This document shows, one piece after another, positions 38,373 through 49,043 of a stretch of DNA of 64,000 nucleotides. Below the pieces are notes generated by a model. It had not been told where the DNA came from. It did not search any database and saw nothing but the letters and a program-made list of their open reading frames with translations. Within the stretch, counting starts at the first letter, position 1. Each line of letters opens with the position of its first letter. Origin of the DNA: Candidatus Latescibacterota bacterium (GTDB lineage: Bacteria > Latescibacterota > UBA2968). The position numbers and the translations under genes are program-made. The stretch spans positions 4,864,001 to 4,928,000 of the forward strand of contig OZ242010.1 in NCBI GenBank assembly GCA_965204745.1. Direction: 5' to 3'.

Positions 38373-38481
38373 GTGTTGCAACTCTCACGCAGGTGCCACC
38401 TCGAATTGCCTTTTGCCTCTTGCCTCTTGCCTCTTGCCTCTTGCCGCTGTGTTGCAACTCTCACGCAGGTGCCACCTCGAA
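38373..38481. repeat. Perfect 33-bp direct repeat pair flanking a shorter CCTCTTG array
   Basis: Repeat starts at 38373 and 38449. Confidence 0.9.
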
Positions 38482-40008
38482 AGCCACCAAGTTGCGGGTC
38501 TTTTTGCTGAATGTCACCGCGATGAGATGAATCGGAAGGCCAGAATCTCGATACTTGTCCGCGTAGTGTCGCGCTCGCAGTTGCGACAAGCCGATGCCCT
38601 CGGAGTCCGATTCGACCACTTTGAACTCGAACAAGTAGATGTTGTCGTTGAAGCGCACCGCCATGTCCAAACGCCCGTGGCTACTGCTGTCCTCTACGGT
38701 GATGTCTAGCCCTAGCGACGCAAAGTAGGAGTAGAACACACTGGCGTAGTAACCTTCGTAGTCGGCGATGTCGTTTTTCGTGTGCCACTGGTAGGGGATG
38801 CTGGCGAAGAATGCCTTGAACAGCGTCTCGAGGCCAGAAAAATCGTTGATGGACAGCAGTTTGTATAACTGGACGATGTGCGCGGTCTGGGTGGGCGCAT
38901 TGCTTAGCAGGTGACGCAACAGGCTTTGGTTCAGGCTTTGGCGCACCTCTTGGTTGGGATACCCCAGTTGATAGAGGGGTTGCCCGACTAGGTCCTCCTC
39001 GTCCTGTATGGTGAGATAGCCGGTCTGAAACAACAGGGCTTCGGTGGCCATGTGGTCGATGTCGAAAGCAGACAGCAACTCGTCGGTGCCGATCATGCGC
39101 TCCAGATCAAAGGAACTGACTCTGCGTGCCATTAGGGTCTCGATGAGAAAGGTCGGCGTGGCGGTCTCGAACCAGTAGGCGCCGAACCGGCGGCGGCGAA
39201 AGAGCAGCAACACATCGAAGGGGTTATAGACCCGCTCGTTCCCCAGCCAGTTGTAGCCATTGTACCAGCGGCGGATTTCGTCGCGATCCAAGCCGGGAAG
39301 TTCCGGTGCAAATACCGCGTCCAGATCCGCGTCCGTGTACCCGCAAAGCGCGGAGTAGCGCGGTTCGAGGGTGATGTCGATGAGATTGTTGAGCCCAGAG
39401 AACAGGCTGACCTTGGAAAACTTGCTCACGCCGGTGAGGAATGCAAACTTGATGTGCGCGTCGCTATCCTTGATCGTGGCGTATAGGCCGCGCAGATAAT
39501 CGCGGTTGGCGCGGGCGATTTCCGGCTCCTCAAGCGCGTCTAAAATCGGCTTGTCGTACTCGTCGATCAACACCACAACTCGCTGTCCCGCACGCTCGTG
39601 CAATGCCTCGATCAGAAAGGCAAAACGCTCGGGGACTGTCGCGTACTCGGACTTCATGCCCGCCCGACGTTCCACCGCGTCTAATTGTGCCATCAGATTC
39701 GCTTGCAGATAGCCCGGCTCTTTGAAGTTGCCGCTACCAAAACTCAGGCGCACCACCGGATAGCGAATCGACCAATCCCAGTGGTCGTGGATGTCGAGCC
39801 CCTCAAACAGCGGCGCGTTGCCCTCGAACAATTCCTTCAGCGTATCGAGGAACAGACTCTTGCCAAAGCGGCGCGGGCGCGACAAAAAGAAATGGCTACC
39901 CTCATCCATCAGGTGCCGCATGTAGGCGGTCTTATCGACATAGTAGCAATTTTCCTCTCGCATCTTGCGAAAGGTCTGAATGCCAATGGGCAGTTTGCGT
40001 TTATCCAT
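38461..40008 (-). CDS. AAA-ATPase-like + PD-(D/E)xK nuclease protein, copy 2 (515 aa)
   Basis: Same motifs as copy 1; divergent in patches of the N-terminal ~185 aa. Confidence 0.92.
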   Translation of the reverse strand: MDKRKLPIGIQTFRKMREENCYYVDKTAYMRHLMDEGSHFFLSRPRRFGKSLFLDTLKELFEGNAPLFEGLDIHDHWDWSIRYPVVRLSFGSGNFKEPGYLQANLMAQLDAVERRAGMKSEYATVPERFAFLIEALHERAGQRVVVLIDEYDKPILDALEEPEIARANRDYLRGLYATIKDSDAHIKFAFLTGVSKFSKVSLFSGLNNLIDITLEPRYSALCGYTDADLDAVFAPELPGLDRDEIRRWYNGYNWLGNERVYNPFDVLLLFRRRRFGAYWFETATPTFLIETLMARRVSSFDLERMIGTDELLSAFDIDHMATEALLFQTGYLTIQDEEDLVGQPLYQLGYPNQEVRQSLNQSLLRHLLSNAPTQTAHIVQLYKLLSINDFSGLETLFKAFFASIPYQWHTKNDIADYEGYYASVFYSYFASLGLDITVEDSSSHGRLDMAVRFNDNIYLFEFKVVESDSEGIGLSQLRARHYADKYRDSGLPIHLIAVTFSKKTRNLVAFEVAPA

Positions 40009-40122
40009 CCTTTCCCCCTTCAAGAGCCGAATCCCGTTTCGCAGGTGCCATCTACCCATATTGCAAGCGGTTAATGCCCAAGCCGAAGATACCACAACCA
40101 TATACAGTGCGACAGGTGGCCC

Positions 40123-40743
40123 CTATCTCTTGGCGTACTCAAACAGAGCTGTCACGTCCACAGAGAAGCCATCCAACAGTGGCGAGGTCGCCGCGTCGCC
40201 GCGGGAGAATACACCGCGTTCGACATAGATGTTCCCACTGGCGAGGGTGAGCACGGCAATGGTCTCAAAGCGGGGATCGACGATCCAGTACTCGGGAATG
40301 CCCGCCTCGGCGTAGTCCGTACGTTTTGTGACGAGATCCCGTGTCGGGTCATCTGGACTGACGACCTCTACTACCAGGTCCGCGCCCAACCAAAAACGAT
40401 CCCGATTCCGAGGATCTGACCGATTGCGGAGCAACAGGAGATCTGGCTCGCGGAACTTGCCCTCGCGGACGCGCATTCGCAACCCGGCGAACAAGACGAT
40501 TCCGCCGAGCGGTTCAATATATGCGTCAAATAGGCGATAGAGGAAACCGATGATGGCTTGGTGGATAAATGTGGGCATGGGCAGTTCCTCGACTTGGCCG
40601 TCGGTGAACTCGACCAAGCGGCGGGTTCGGTCCGTAAGCCAAAGATATTGTTTGTCGCTCCAACACCCCTGAGGCGGCATGGCGTCGCACAACAGGGCAT
40701 CTAGCGCGTCTTGGGATGTCGTTGCGATCTCGGCTTGTGTCAT
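40123..40743 (-). CDS. Uma2 family putative endonuclease
   Basis: EFTDG....MP...HQ, REPDL, DLVVEVVSP, DLVTKRTDYAEAGIPEYWIVDP. Confidence 0.92.
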   Translation of the reverse strand: MTQAEIATTSQDALDALLCDAMPPQGCWSDKQYLWLTDRTRRLVEFTDGQVEELPMPTFIHQAIIGFLYRLFDAYIEPLGGIVLFAGLRMRVREGKFREPDLLLLRNRSDPRNRDRFWLGADLVVEVVSPDDPTRDLVTKRTDYAEAGIPEYWIVDPRFETIAVLTLASGNIYVERGVFSRGDAATSPLLDGFSVDVTALFEYAKR

Positions 40744-41047
40744 GGCGTCGTCCTCAGCTTTGAGACAGTGGAAAGGAGGCACATCTTAGAAGTTGTCTTA
40801 AAACGAAATATGACTCATTCCTCGGCGGTCAAGAGAAACCAGAATATACGACAAAAGCGTGGAGTGGGACAACTGCGATAGCAGTTCATAGCCGCACAGG
40901 CGCAGCCTATAGCCGCGCAAGGGGCCGGGCGATCCGCCAAGATCGCAGTAGGTCAACCACGGCCCATTGTCACTGCTAAATTTGCATGAGAGTCTCGATC
41001 CGGAGCCATCCATGCAGGCATTTTTGCGTTCCCTGCCATCAGCGGCT

Positions 41048-42097
41048 TTAATCGACAATGGGCAGGTGGACGAGAGCGCCGCGTTCGACGGAGCGGAAGA
41101 CCGCTTCGGTAAATTCCATGTATTTCACGCCTTGGTAGAAAGTTGACTCGGCGGGTTTGCCGGTTTTGATCATGTCGATAAAATCCGCCTCAACCGTCCA
41201 GGCGCGCATCTCGGACGTTGGGATTTCCAATTCGCGCAACCCATCATCGCCTGCCTGCGCGCCCCAGATCCGCTGATCGTCCAAAACGGCCGAGGTTTCG
41301 TACACCAACGTGCCCCCTGTGCCGTAAATCTCGATGCGCTCTTCGGGTGCGTGGTGCGCGGCGCTGGAAAAGAGATAGACCGCTGTTGCCCCACTTTCCA
41401 TTTGGGCCAAGATATTCACGGTATCGGGGCGGTCCACAGGCGCGAGCCCCCGATCTGTGGGACGCTCGGCGACAAAGGTTTCCGCTTGGGCAGACACGGA
41501 TTTGGTATAGCCGCACCAGCGGTGTACAAATTCGACGAGCATGCCCACGCTCATGGTGTTCAACCCAGAGAACCGGCCGATCTGCCGCCAGTGCAAGGGC
41601 GTGTTGGGATCGATCCCACCGGGGGTCATGGAACGCACCACGATGTTGCGGATATCGCCGACATAGCCCTCGGCGATCAACCGCTGTAAAAACCAGTCGC
41701 CTTTCAATGCGTGCGGCGGCTGGCAAATTTGATGCGCGAGATTCGATTCTATCGCCGCGGCGTACATCTGTTTGGCCTCGCGCAAGTTCATCGCCATGCG
41801 CGCTTGCACAAATGCGTGCTTGCCTGCGTCTAAAGCCGCCAAGACAAATTCACAATGCTTGTAAGGCCAGGTGCCGATCATCACCGCGTCGATGTCCGTT
41901 CGGGCGATCAGCGCGTAGGGATCGGTCATGAGATCGGGGCGCAAGCCAAATTCGGCGGCGATTTTGCCCCCGCTGTCTTCGCTGCGATTGCAAATTGCCA
42001 CCACCTCGGCGGCGTCAATTTTTGCCAACCCCGGAAAGTGGCGGGTGCGAAAAATGCCGCCCGCGCCGATGATGCCAATGCGAATTTTATCTGCCAT
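41048..42097 (-). CDS. Gfo/Idh/MocA family oxidoreductase
   Basis: RIGIIGAGGI, DAVMIGTWPYKH, GKHAFVQARMA (EKP replaced by QAR); GAGG SD. Confidence 0.88.
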   Translation of the reverse strand: MADKIRIGIIGAGGIFRTRHFPGLAKIDAAEVVAICNRSEDSGGKIAAEFGLRPDLMTDPYALIARTDIDAVMIGTWPYKHCEFVLAALDAGKHAFVQARMAMNLREAKQMYAAAIESNLAHQICQPPHALKGDWFLQRLIAEGYVGDIRNIVVRSMTPGGIDPNTPLHWRQIGRFSGLNTMSVGMLVEFVHRWCGYTKSVSAQAETFVAERPTDRGLAPVDRPDTVNILAQMESGATAVYLFSSAAHHAPEERIEIYGTGGTLVYETSAVLDDQRIWGAQAGDDGLRELEIPTSEMRAWTVEADFIDMIKTGKPAESTFYQGVKYMEFTEAVFRSVERGALVHLPIVD

Positions 42098-42113
42098 TTT
42101 CACCTCGTTGAAT

Positions 42114-42968
42114 TTAGTCAGTGACCGAAAGAACGTCTCGTGCAACCTCGTGAACTTTGCCGGGGAAGGTTTGTCCCCTTATCCACATGACCGGTTGGCC
42201 TTTGCCAATTTTGTCGGCATCAGCCCATTCTGCTCGCGCGCTCAAGTAGTGCGACACATAGCTGCGTCTAAACCGCCGGCTGTGGTTGTCCGTGCTTTTG
42301 TGCAGCAGGTGGGAGTGAAACCAGATCACCGCGCCAGGGGGGACTTCCACGGCGATGCCATCTTCATCGCGGGCATCGCGGGCCAGTTTGAACTCGTTTT
42401 GCTGTGACCCCGCGATGTCGTCGTGTTCGGAAATGGCCCGTTTGTGGCTACCGGGAATCACGTACAAGCACCCGTTGTCGCGGTCCGCCGGGTCGATAGC
42501 TGTCCAAGTGCCGACGGTCGTCGCTGTTTTGAACCGCTTGCCAAAGTAAAACTTGTCTTGATGCCACGGGAATCCCAACCCGATTTTCGGGGCTTTCCAG
42601 ATGAAGAGGTTGTTGATGCCCAAAATGTCCGGGCCGAGGATATCCAAGAGCGGATCCGTCAGGCGTGGGTCGCGCACGCGCGCGAGGAACTCGGGGATGT
42701 AGCAACTCGGATGATGGATTTTGTGCATCCCGTAGATGCAGGCTCGCTCGTCTTTGCCATCTCGGACGAGGGCGTTTTGGTCGATGTGGGCCATCGGCAT
42801 TTCGCGCTTTCCAGCGACGACGTCTTCGGCCACTCGTCGGAGTTGATCGTTTTCCCCAGGGGAAAACACCTTCTCGCGCACAAAATACCCGTCTCGTTCC
42901 CAACATTGCTTTTCGTCGGGCGTCATTCGCCCGGCATGGGTTTGGGAGGATGAGGATTGATTTTTCAT
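42114..42968 (-). CDS. PhyH family Fe(II)/2OG oxygenase
   Basis: FPWHQD, WTAIDPADRDNGCLYVIPGSH, LHKSTDN.S..FRR; GGAGG SD. Confidence 0.92.
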   Translation of the reverse strand: MKNQSSSSQTHAGRMTPDEKQCWERDGYFVREKVFSPGENDQLRRVAEDVVAGKREMPMAHIDQNALVRDGKDERACIYGMHKIHHPSCYIPEFLARVRDPRLTDPLLDILGPDILGINNLFIWKAPKIGLGFPWHQDKFYFGKRFKTATTVGTWTAIDPADRDNGCLYVIPGSHKRAISEHDDIAGSQQNEFKLARDARDEDGIAVEVPPGAVIWFHSHLLHKSTDNHSRRFRRSYVSHYLSARAEWADADKIGKGQPVMWIRGQTFPGKVHEVARDVLSVTD

Positions 42969-42980
42969 ACGACCTCCACG

Positions 42981-43976
42981 TTAGGGCATTGTCAAATCTT
43001 CGTAACCCGACAGGTGGTACTCGTAGCCCAGATAGTCCAGCAAATTGCACAACGCACGGAATGCCACGCCAAACCCATCGACCCCGCTAAAACCGCCAAA
43101 TTGCCCACCGCCCTTGACATGGGGTTCGAGGTCGATGAATACCCCCGGGACGCCCAGCTGTACAAACTTGCGGTGGAGGCGCGGCACAAGCGTGGCAAAG
43201 TCTCGCAACACCATTTCGTGCCCGGCGTCGCCTTGGTCCACGGGGATAAACCGCGTTAGCCCCCGCGCTTCTGCGCGATTGAGCATCGGGCGGTTGGCCG
43301 GCGCGTTGAATCCCTTGATGTGAATCCAGCCCAAGCCGGGTTTTGTTTTGACATATTCGGCGAAAACCCCGTCTGGGCTGTGCCCCATGCTCTCCATGTT
43401 CCCCACGTCCATGATGATGCAGGTGTTGGGATGGTCGATCTTTTCGTGCAATGCGATCAGGGTTTCGCCATCGCCGCCGATCAGATGCGATTCCACTTCA
43501 GAGCCATAGACCAAGCCCTCGGCAGCGCACAGCGCGACGATCTCCGAAAGCTGATCCGCCGCTTGATCGAGGTGATCCCATGGATTGGAGCCAGCGGGAT
43601 GGTAATAGCTAAAACCGCGAATGAGCTTTGTGTCAAATGCGTGTGCGAGTTCGATGGCCCGCTTGACATCGGTTGCCAGATATTCCCGAAACGGCACATA
43701 GCGGTTGTCCGTTCCATCTTCCACATCCAGCAACTTCACTTTGCCGAGCGGGGAGCCGATGCTCGACACGGCAATGCCAAATTCGCGGTGCAATTTTTGG
43801 AGCGTTTGAATCTCCTGCGCGGTCAATTCCATCACATTTTTGACGCCATTGCCCACGTCGATAAATCGAATCGTGTAGTAGGACAAACCGAGGGCGCGCA
43901 TCATGGTGAATTGCTCTTCGGCCCGCTTGCTCACGGGCCCCTCGTCTGCAAAACCCGACAAAATCACTTCAGCCAC
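42981..43976 (-). CDS. Sugar phosphate isomerase/epimerase (TIM barrel)
   Basis: LSGFADE, SSIGSPLGK, IRGFSYY, MDVGN, IHIK, LEPHVKGGGQFGGFSG; GTG start with AAGGAG SD. Confidence 0.85.
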   Translation of the reverse strand: MAEVILSGFADEGPVSKRAEEQFTMMRALGLSYYTIRFIDVGNGVKNVMELTAQEIQTLQKLHREFGIAVSSIGSPLGKVKLLDVEDGTDNRYVPFREYLATDVKRAIELAHAFDTKLIRGFSYYHPAGSNPWDHLDQAADQLSEIVALCAAEGLVYGSEVESHLIGGDGETLIALHEKIDHPNTCIIMDVGNMESMGHSPDGVFAEYVKTKPGLGWIHIKGFNAPANRPMLNRAEARGLTRFIPVDQGDAGHEMVLRDFATLVPRLHRKFVQLGVPGVFIDLEPHVKGGGQFGGFSGVDGFGVAFRALCNLLDYLGYEYHLSGYEDLTMP

Positions 43977-43989
43977 GACAATCTCCTTT

Positions 43990-44427
43990 CTACGGATCGG
44001 GCCAAACCACGGGAATAGAACGCCGTGTACCCGTTCCCTGATCACATTTGGGCGTTATCTCAATCGTTTGACTCGCCCTAAAGTCCACAGTGTCCAGCGC
44101 AACGCTTGTTGCAAAAGTACACGATCCGCCAGGGGCGATCTCGGCAGGCGTGCAGGCGGTTTCACTCGCGCCCAATTCAGCGGCATTCTCCCCCAATACG
44201 CGCGTGGCGACCTTGAGACCCGTGAGTGCCACCCCCGATTGGCTATCGACCCCGCCGCGCAGGCGGATAAAACTCGATGGATTTTCAGACGTGTCCGGTG
44301 GCTCGCCCAGAATGGAGGGGTTGCCCACAACCGTTAAATCTTCGGGTACAAAAACACGCGACCCGGTGGTGTTGTCGCCAGAACACCCCAACAAACAGAC
44401 AGACAAAAACCACATGGCGTATTTCAT
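43990..44427 (-). CDS. Hypothetical lipoprotein (Ig-like beta-sandwich)
   Basis: MKYAMWFLSVCLLG-C lipobox; AGAGG SD; TTGCCC-N17-TATATT upstream. Confidence 0.7.
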   Translation of the reverse strand: MKYAMWFLSVCLLGCSGDNTTGSRVFVPEDLTVVGNPSILGEPPDTSENPSSFIRLRGGVDSQSGVALTGLKVATRVLGENAAELGASETACTPAEIAPGGSCTFATSVALDTVDFRASQTIEITPKCDQGTGTRRSIPVVWPDP

Positions 44428-44509
44428 CGCAACGGCCTCTCTTTGGAAAAGTGACGCTGGGCGTTTGATTCACAATATACACGCGAAAATTTTATTGGGC
44501 AAGGAAGGA

Positions 44510-44586
44510 TCAGTTGTCAGTTGTCAGTTGTCAGTTGTCGGTTGTCAGTCCGCCCAACCCGACCCCGATCAGTGGTCAGTGGTTAG
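44510..44586. repeat. Heptamer arrays TCAGTTG x5-6 and TCAGTGG x2
   Basis: Read directly. Confidence 0.9.
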
Positions 44587-44748
44587 AAGTGGTTGCCTTG
44601 GGGAGAGCGGTGGTTTTTCCATATCTCAAGTTTTCGCTGGATATCCTACTGTTGTCGGGTTGGGTTGAATGTACATAGTGAGATAGGTATTGTCAATTGT
44701 GTATGGCCTGTTTTGGACATGCCACAACCGAACGCAGAGAGAACGCGA

Positions 44749-44778
44749 TTGACAAGCCCGAATCCATCTGGATATATT
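44749..44778 (+). promoter_or_regulatory. Putative promoter TTGACA-N18-TATATT
   Basis: Perfect -35; -10 at 44773-44778. Confidence 0.6.
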
Positions 44779-44816
44779 TGCAAAATGGGCAACCATTCAC
44801 AAGAGGTTTTGGGATT

Positions 44817-44903
44817 ATGGACAGGCTTCGCATTGCGGCGATTGGAGCGGGGGCACAGTCGGGCGCAGATCGCAACCAACCCTCGAAAAGGTTAGGGCGA
44901 TAA
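44817..44903 (+). pseudogene. N-terminal stub of a Rossmann-fold oxidoreductase (MDRLRIAAIGAGAQSGA...stop)
   Basis: First 13 aa match the beta1-GxG start of Gfo/Idh/MocA proteins; AAGAGG upstream; ends after 28 codons. Confidence 0.5.
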
Positions 44904-44928
44904 GTCCCACAAAAAAAGGAATCGAACC

Positions 44929-46038
44929 TTGAAAATTGATACTACGGAAATACGGTATGTCGAGTTGCCGTTGATTTCGCCGTGGCGCACGGCGTATGGC
45001 GAGGATGCGACGGTGCATTCGGTACTGGTCAAATTGTCTGGGGAAGGTGCCGAAGCGTGGGGCGAGGCAACGCCGCTTTACGCGCCGACCTATTCGTCCG
45101 AATCCGCCCGGTCCGTTTATGAGACCGCACGGGAATTTTTTTTGCCGCGATTGGTGGGGCAAACCTTGGACTCGGCGCGAGATGTCATGGATAGGCTGGC
45201 GATTTTTAAGGGCAATCCCTTTGCCAAAGCAGCCGTGGAAACCGCGTGGTGGGCATTGGACAGCACCTTGAGGGGCATCCCCTTGTGGCAGTCCTTGGGG
45301 GCGAGTGATCCGACTGTGGCGTGCGGCGCAGATTTTGGCGTGCAAGATACCATTGACGAACTCTTGTCTCTGATCCAAGGCGCGGTGGATGACGGGTATC
45401 CGCGCATCAAGTTGAAGGTCAAGCACGGATGGGATATCGACGTGCTCCGCGCTGTGCGGTCGGCATTTCCGGATCCCGTCATGCATGTGGATTGCAACGC
45501 GGGCTATGATTTGCACTCGGATTTTGACGCGCTCAGGGCGTTTGATCAATTCAATCTGGCGATGATCGAACAACCGTTAGATCACCTCGATCTGATCGAA
45601 CACGCCGAATTGCAACGCCAAATCGCAACGCCCGTGTGCTTGGACGAATCCGTAAAGCGCCCCCGGGATTTTGAACTCGCCCTCAAGTTGGGCGCGTGTC
45701 GCGCAATCAACGTCAAACCGGGCCGCGTGGGCGGCTTGTTCAACGCGCTGCAAATTCACGACTTGGCGCGCAACGCGGGCATGGAAGCATGGGTGGGCGG
45801 CATGTTGGAAAGCGGCATCGGCGCCGGGATTTGCGCGGCCTTGGGCACATTGCCCGGGTTCACCTATCCCGCAGATGTGTTTCCCTCTTGCAAGTTCTAT
45901 ACCGAGGACATCACGGATCGCTGGATCGAGCAGGATGAAAATTGCAATGTGGTGCTAGATGACACGCCCGGCGTAGGCTTTGATCCGGTTCCCGACCTGT
46001 TGGAAAAGGTGACGGTGATGAGGGCAGAGCGCGGATGA
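44929..46038 (+). CDS. menC: o-Succinylbenzoate synthase / N-succinylamino-acid racemase (enolase superfamily)
   Basis: TTG start; GNPFAKAAVE, RIKLKV, HVDCN, IEQP, LDES, INVKPGRVGG, WVGGMLESGIG. No other men genes in the window. Confidence 0.85.
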   Translation: MKIDTTEIRYVELPLISPWRTAYGEDATVHSVLVKLSGEGAEAWGEATPLYAPTYSSESARSVYETAREFFLPRLVGQTLDSARDVMDRLAIFKGNPFAKAAVETAWWALDSTLRGIPLWQSLGASDPTVACGADFGVQDTIDELLSLIQGAVDDGYPRIKLKVKHGWDIDVLRAVRSAFPDPVMHVDCNAGYDLHSDFDALRAFDQFNLAMIEQPLDHLDLIEHAELQRQIATPVCLDESVKRPRDFELALKLGACRAINVKPGRVGGLFNALQIHDLARNAGMEAWVGGMLESGIGAGICAALGTLPGFTYPADVFPSCKFYTEDITDRWIEQDENCNVVLDDTPGVGFDPVPDLLEKVTVMRAERG

Positions 46039-46047
46039 AAGCGGGGA

Positions 46048-46088
46048 AAGAGGAAGAGGGGAGAGGCAAGAGGGGAGAGGCAAGAGGG
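46048..46088. repeat. Heptamer array AGAGG(CA/GG)
   Basis: Reverse-complement family of the CCTCTTG arrays at 36.6 and 38.4 kb. Confidence 0.75.
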
Positions 46089-46244
46089 CCATCGTCAAGT
46101 TGACGAAAGGCAAGCGGGGAAGGGGGGAATGGCGATGGGTCTTGCGAGGGATTGTGCGAGGGGGGTTTGGGTTTCTATGGCGTGATCCATTCGCGCAAAG
46201 CCATCAAAACAGCCAGGGATACAAACCTTTAAGAAAGCCATGCG

Positions 46245-46285
46245 CTCCCCCTTTCCTTGTAGGAAAGGGGGCCGGGGGGATAGGT
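46245..46285. repeat. Short palindromic element CTCCCCTTTCCTTGTAGGAAAGGGGGCCGGGGGGATAGG
   Basis: CCCCTTTCCT/AGGAAAGGGG hairpin between convergent genes; may act as a terminator. Confidence 0.5.
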
Positions 46286-46407
46286 CTATGGCGGCGGATG
46301 CGAAGGACACAGCGGATGGGATCGCACTTGGGCGGATGGGCGGGCTAGGGATGGGCACGCACGGGCGGATGGGTGGAAGCGGGGATGGGATTCACCGTTT
46401 CGCATGT

Positions 46408-47532
<1,125 letters not shown>

Positions 47533-47612
47533 GAACGCGCCTCGGTCAATGAACGATGAACGATCAACCCCGAATATCTGAGTGCGAACAACTGCCTTGG
47601 GGCGGTGTTGGG

Positions 47613-47643
47613 ACTGACAACTGACAACTGACTACTGACCACT
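47613..47643. repeat. Heptamer array ACTGAC(A/T/C) x4
   Basis: Overlaps the last pyrC codons and its TAG; an ATGAACG x2-3 run lies at 47549-47567. Confidence 0.85.
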
Positions 47644-48915
47644 TAGTTGGTATGTGACGCGCCCGCCCAAGATCGTCATTGCGGCTCGGCCTTTTAGGGT
47701 GCAACCGTGAAAGGGCGTGTTGCGCGATTTGGAGTTGAACGAATTGGCGTTTGCGATCCATTCGAGATTGGGATCGATGATCGCGATGTCCGCGGGCTTG
47801 CCCACCGAGAGGCTACCGCCTTCGATGCCGAGAATGCGCGCGGGTTCTGCGGTGAGCTTGGCAATCACCTCTGAAAGCGAGAGCAGGCCGGTGTGGACGA
47901 GGTGGGTCAGCAGAACGCCGACTGCGGTTTCAAGGCCGACGATGCCATTGGGAGCGTCGGCAAATGCGCGCAATTTTTCCCGCGTCGTATGGGGTGCGTG
48001 GTCCGTGGCGAGCGCGTCTATGGTGCCGTCTTGCAAGCCCGCGATGATGGCTTGGCGATCTGCTTTGGAACGCAATGGCGGGCTCATTTTGCCCGCGGTG
48101 CCCAAGATACGCACGTCTTCATCGGTCAGGGCGATGTGATGGGGCGAGGCTTCGCAGGTAACGGGCAGGCCCTCGGCTTTGGCCTGCCGCACGAGGTCCA
48201 CAGCGCGTTTGACACTCAAGTGCAAGACGTGCAGGCGTCCGCCGGTTTGCCGCACGAGGTCGATGTCGCGCTCGACCATGCCGGCTTCACCCTCTGCGGG
48301 CATGCCTTTCAAGCCGAGTTCGCGGGAGACCGCGCCTTCGTGCATGTGCCCGCCGCGCGTGAGGGCAAAAACTTCGGCGTGGGGATACACGGCAAAGCCA
48401 TTGCATGCAGCGCGTTCCAAGAGTTCGCGCATCGAGGCGGCAGATTCAATGGGCAAGCCGTCGTCGGAAAAGCCAATGGCCCCGGCGTTGAGCAGCGCGT
48501 CCGTGTCCGCGAGGGTTTCGCCCTGCATTTTTTTGGTCGCACACGCGATGGGATACACGCGCGCATCCGCACGTTTTGCCTGTTGGGCGATGTAGCGGAT
48601 GATTTCCGGGTTGTCTATCGGCGGGTCCGTATTGGGCAAGCAGGCCACGGACGTGAACCCCCCGGCAGCAGAGGCTCGGCATCCGGTTTGGATGGTCTCT
48701 TTTTCGGCAAAGCCCGGATCGCGCAGGTGGACGTGCATATCCACGAGCCCGGGCGCGACGATTTTGCCCGAAGCGTCGATGGTTTCCGCGCCAGTGATGC
48801 CGAGGCCGGGTTCGATGCACGCGATGCGGCCGTTCTGAACGAGCAGGTCGGCTGTTTCGTCGCGGCGATTGGCAGGATCGAGGACGCGCCCATTTTTGAT
48901 CAGGAGATCGGTCAT
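47632..48915 (-). CDS. pyrC: Dihydroorotase (type I)
   Basis: DMHVHLRDPG, LPNTDP, FSDDG, EASPHH, KMSPPLR, ATDHAPH, SKSRNTPF. Confidence 0.96.
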   Translation of the reverse strand: MTDLLIKNGRVLDPANRRDETADLLVQNGRIACIEPGLGITGAETIDASGKIVAPGLVDMHVHLRDPGFAEKETIQTGCRASAAGGFTSVACLPNTDPPIDNPEIIRYIAQQAKRADARVYPIACATKKMQGETLADTDALLNAGAIGFSDDGLPIESAASMRELLERAACNGFAVYPHAEVFALTRGGHMHEGAVSRELGLKGMPAEGEAGMVERDIDLVRQTGGRLHVLHLSVKRAVDLVRQAKAEGLPVTCEASPHHIALTDEDVRILGTAGKMSPPLRSKADRQAIIAGLQDGTIDALATDHAPHTTREKLRAFADAPNGIVGLETAVGVLLTHLVHTGLLSLSEVIAKLTAEPARILGIEGGSLSVGKPADIAIIDPNLEWIANANSFNSKSRNTPFHGCTLKGRAAMTILGGRVTYQLSGQ

Positions 48916-49043
48916 TTGCGTGAAAAGTATCGGCGAGCTATGGATGTGTCAAGCGGATTTCCAGTTGACAACGGGATTCCCGCCTTGCTGTCCCGGCAAA
49001 ATTTGCGTATATATTGTAGGGCAAAAATGAGGAGGACGAACAC

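Larger units (their letters stand above)
36534..40105. repeat. Tandem duplication of a ~1.8-kb unit (36534-38327 and 38353-40105)
   Basis: Shared flanks ATCTACGGCTCGGGGTTTGCG and GCCCAAGCCGAAGATACCACAAC; the genes are offset by 1777 bp. Confidence 0.93.

Noticed and set aside
36554-38481. 33-bp repeats as a mini-CRISPR
   Set aside because: Only two per locus, the repeat is the coding 3' end of the AAA gene, and the intervening DNA is a heptamer tandem array rather than unique spacers.
40798-41058. 86-aa minus-strand ORF between Uma2 and the oxidoreductase
   Set aside because: No motif; it overlaps a likely promoter (TTGTCC-18-TATATT) and looks intergenic.
46095-46400. Short ORFs between menC-like and carA
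   Set aside because: Low-complexity translations derived from G-rich repeats and a palindromic element.
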